From Scenedesmus sp. PABB004 (lineage: Eukaryota), in assembly GCA_014905635.1 (NCBI GenBank), contig JABVCE010000026.1, positions 124,001 to 188,000 on the forward strand: a stretch of DNA of 64,000 bases. The letters run 5' to 3'. This document shows positions 63,941 to 64,000 of the stretch, piece after piece. The translations under genes were made by a program, and so were the position numbers. Below the pieces are notes generated by a model that saw only the letters and a program-made list of their open reading frames with translations, made no database searches and was not told where the DNA came from. Position 1 is the first letter of the stretch, and every line of letters starts with the position of its first letter.

Positions 63941-64000
63941 CGCCGCCTGCTGGGCAGCGGCCGAGCAGCGGCGGCGTGCGTCGGCGGCGGCGGCGGCCGC

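Overview
This is eukaryotic nuclear DNA from an extremely GC-rich green alga, with GC roughly three-quarters or more by eye. Gene content, short introns and TGTAA signals point to Chlorophyceae, probably Sphaeropleales; that assignment is inference. The six-frame ORF track is mostly noise because the genes are split by ~80-300 nt spliceosomal introns, so I assembled about 21 genes by hand. In order they encode: a 5'-truncated low-complexity protein, an OEP24-like beta-barrel, a START/SRPBCC protein, a DUF3223 (DCL/DOMINO1-like) protein, a class-2 DYRK kinase, cytosolic MDH, a class-3 lipase, the isopropylmalate isomerase large subunit, a sorbosone/glucose-dehydrogenase-family beta-propeller, an MDR quinone oxidoreductase, cytosolic GS (GLN1), EAF6, PP2C, GLG1, a 2OG-Fe(II) oxygenase, an RJL GTPase, an NTMC2T5-like SMP/C2 protein, plastid GapA, an unknown protein, a plastid glutaredoxin and a Pmp-repeat multi-pass membrane protein. 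Five observations stand out. (1) About 24 of ~112 hand-counted introns use GC-AG, and every GC donor follows an exonic AG. (2) Many introns have complementary termini (TGCGC.../...GCGCA) and some have triplicated branch points. (3) EAF6 is bracketed by a diverged inverted duplication of its own last exon and 3' flank, which also sits upstream of both GLN1 and PP2C. (4) Two genes show the same one-base frameshift at a CGGGGC motif. (5) No rRNA, tRNA, CRISPR array or autonomous transposon was recognised.
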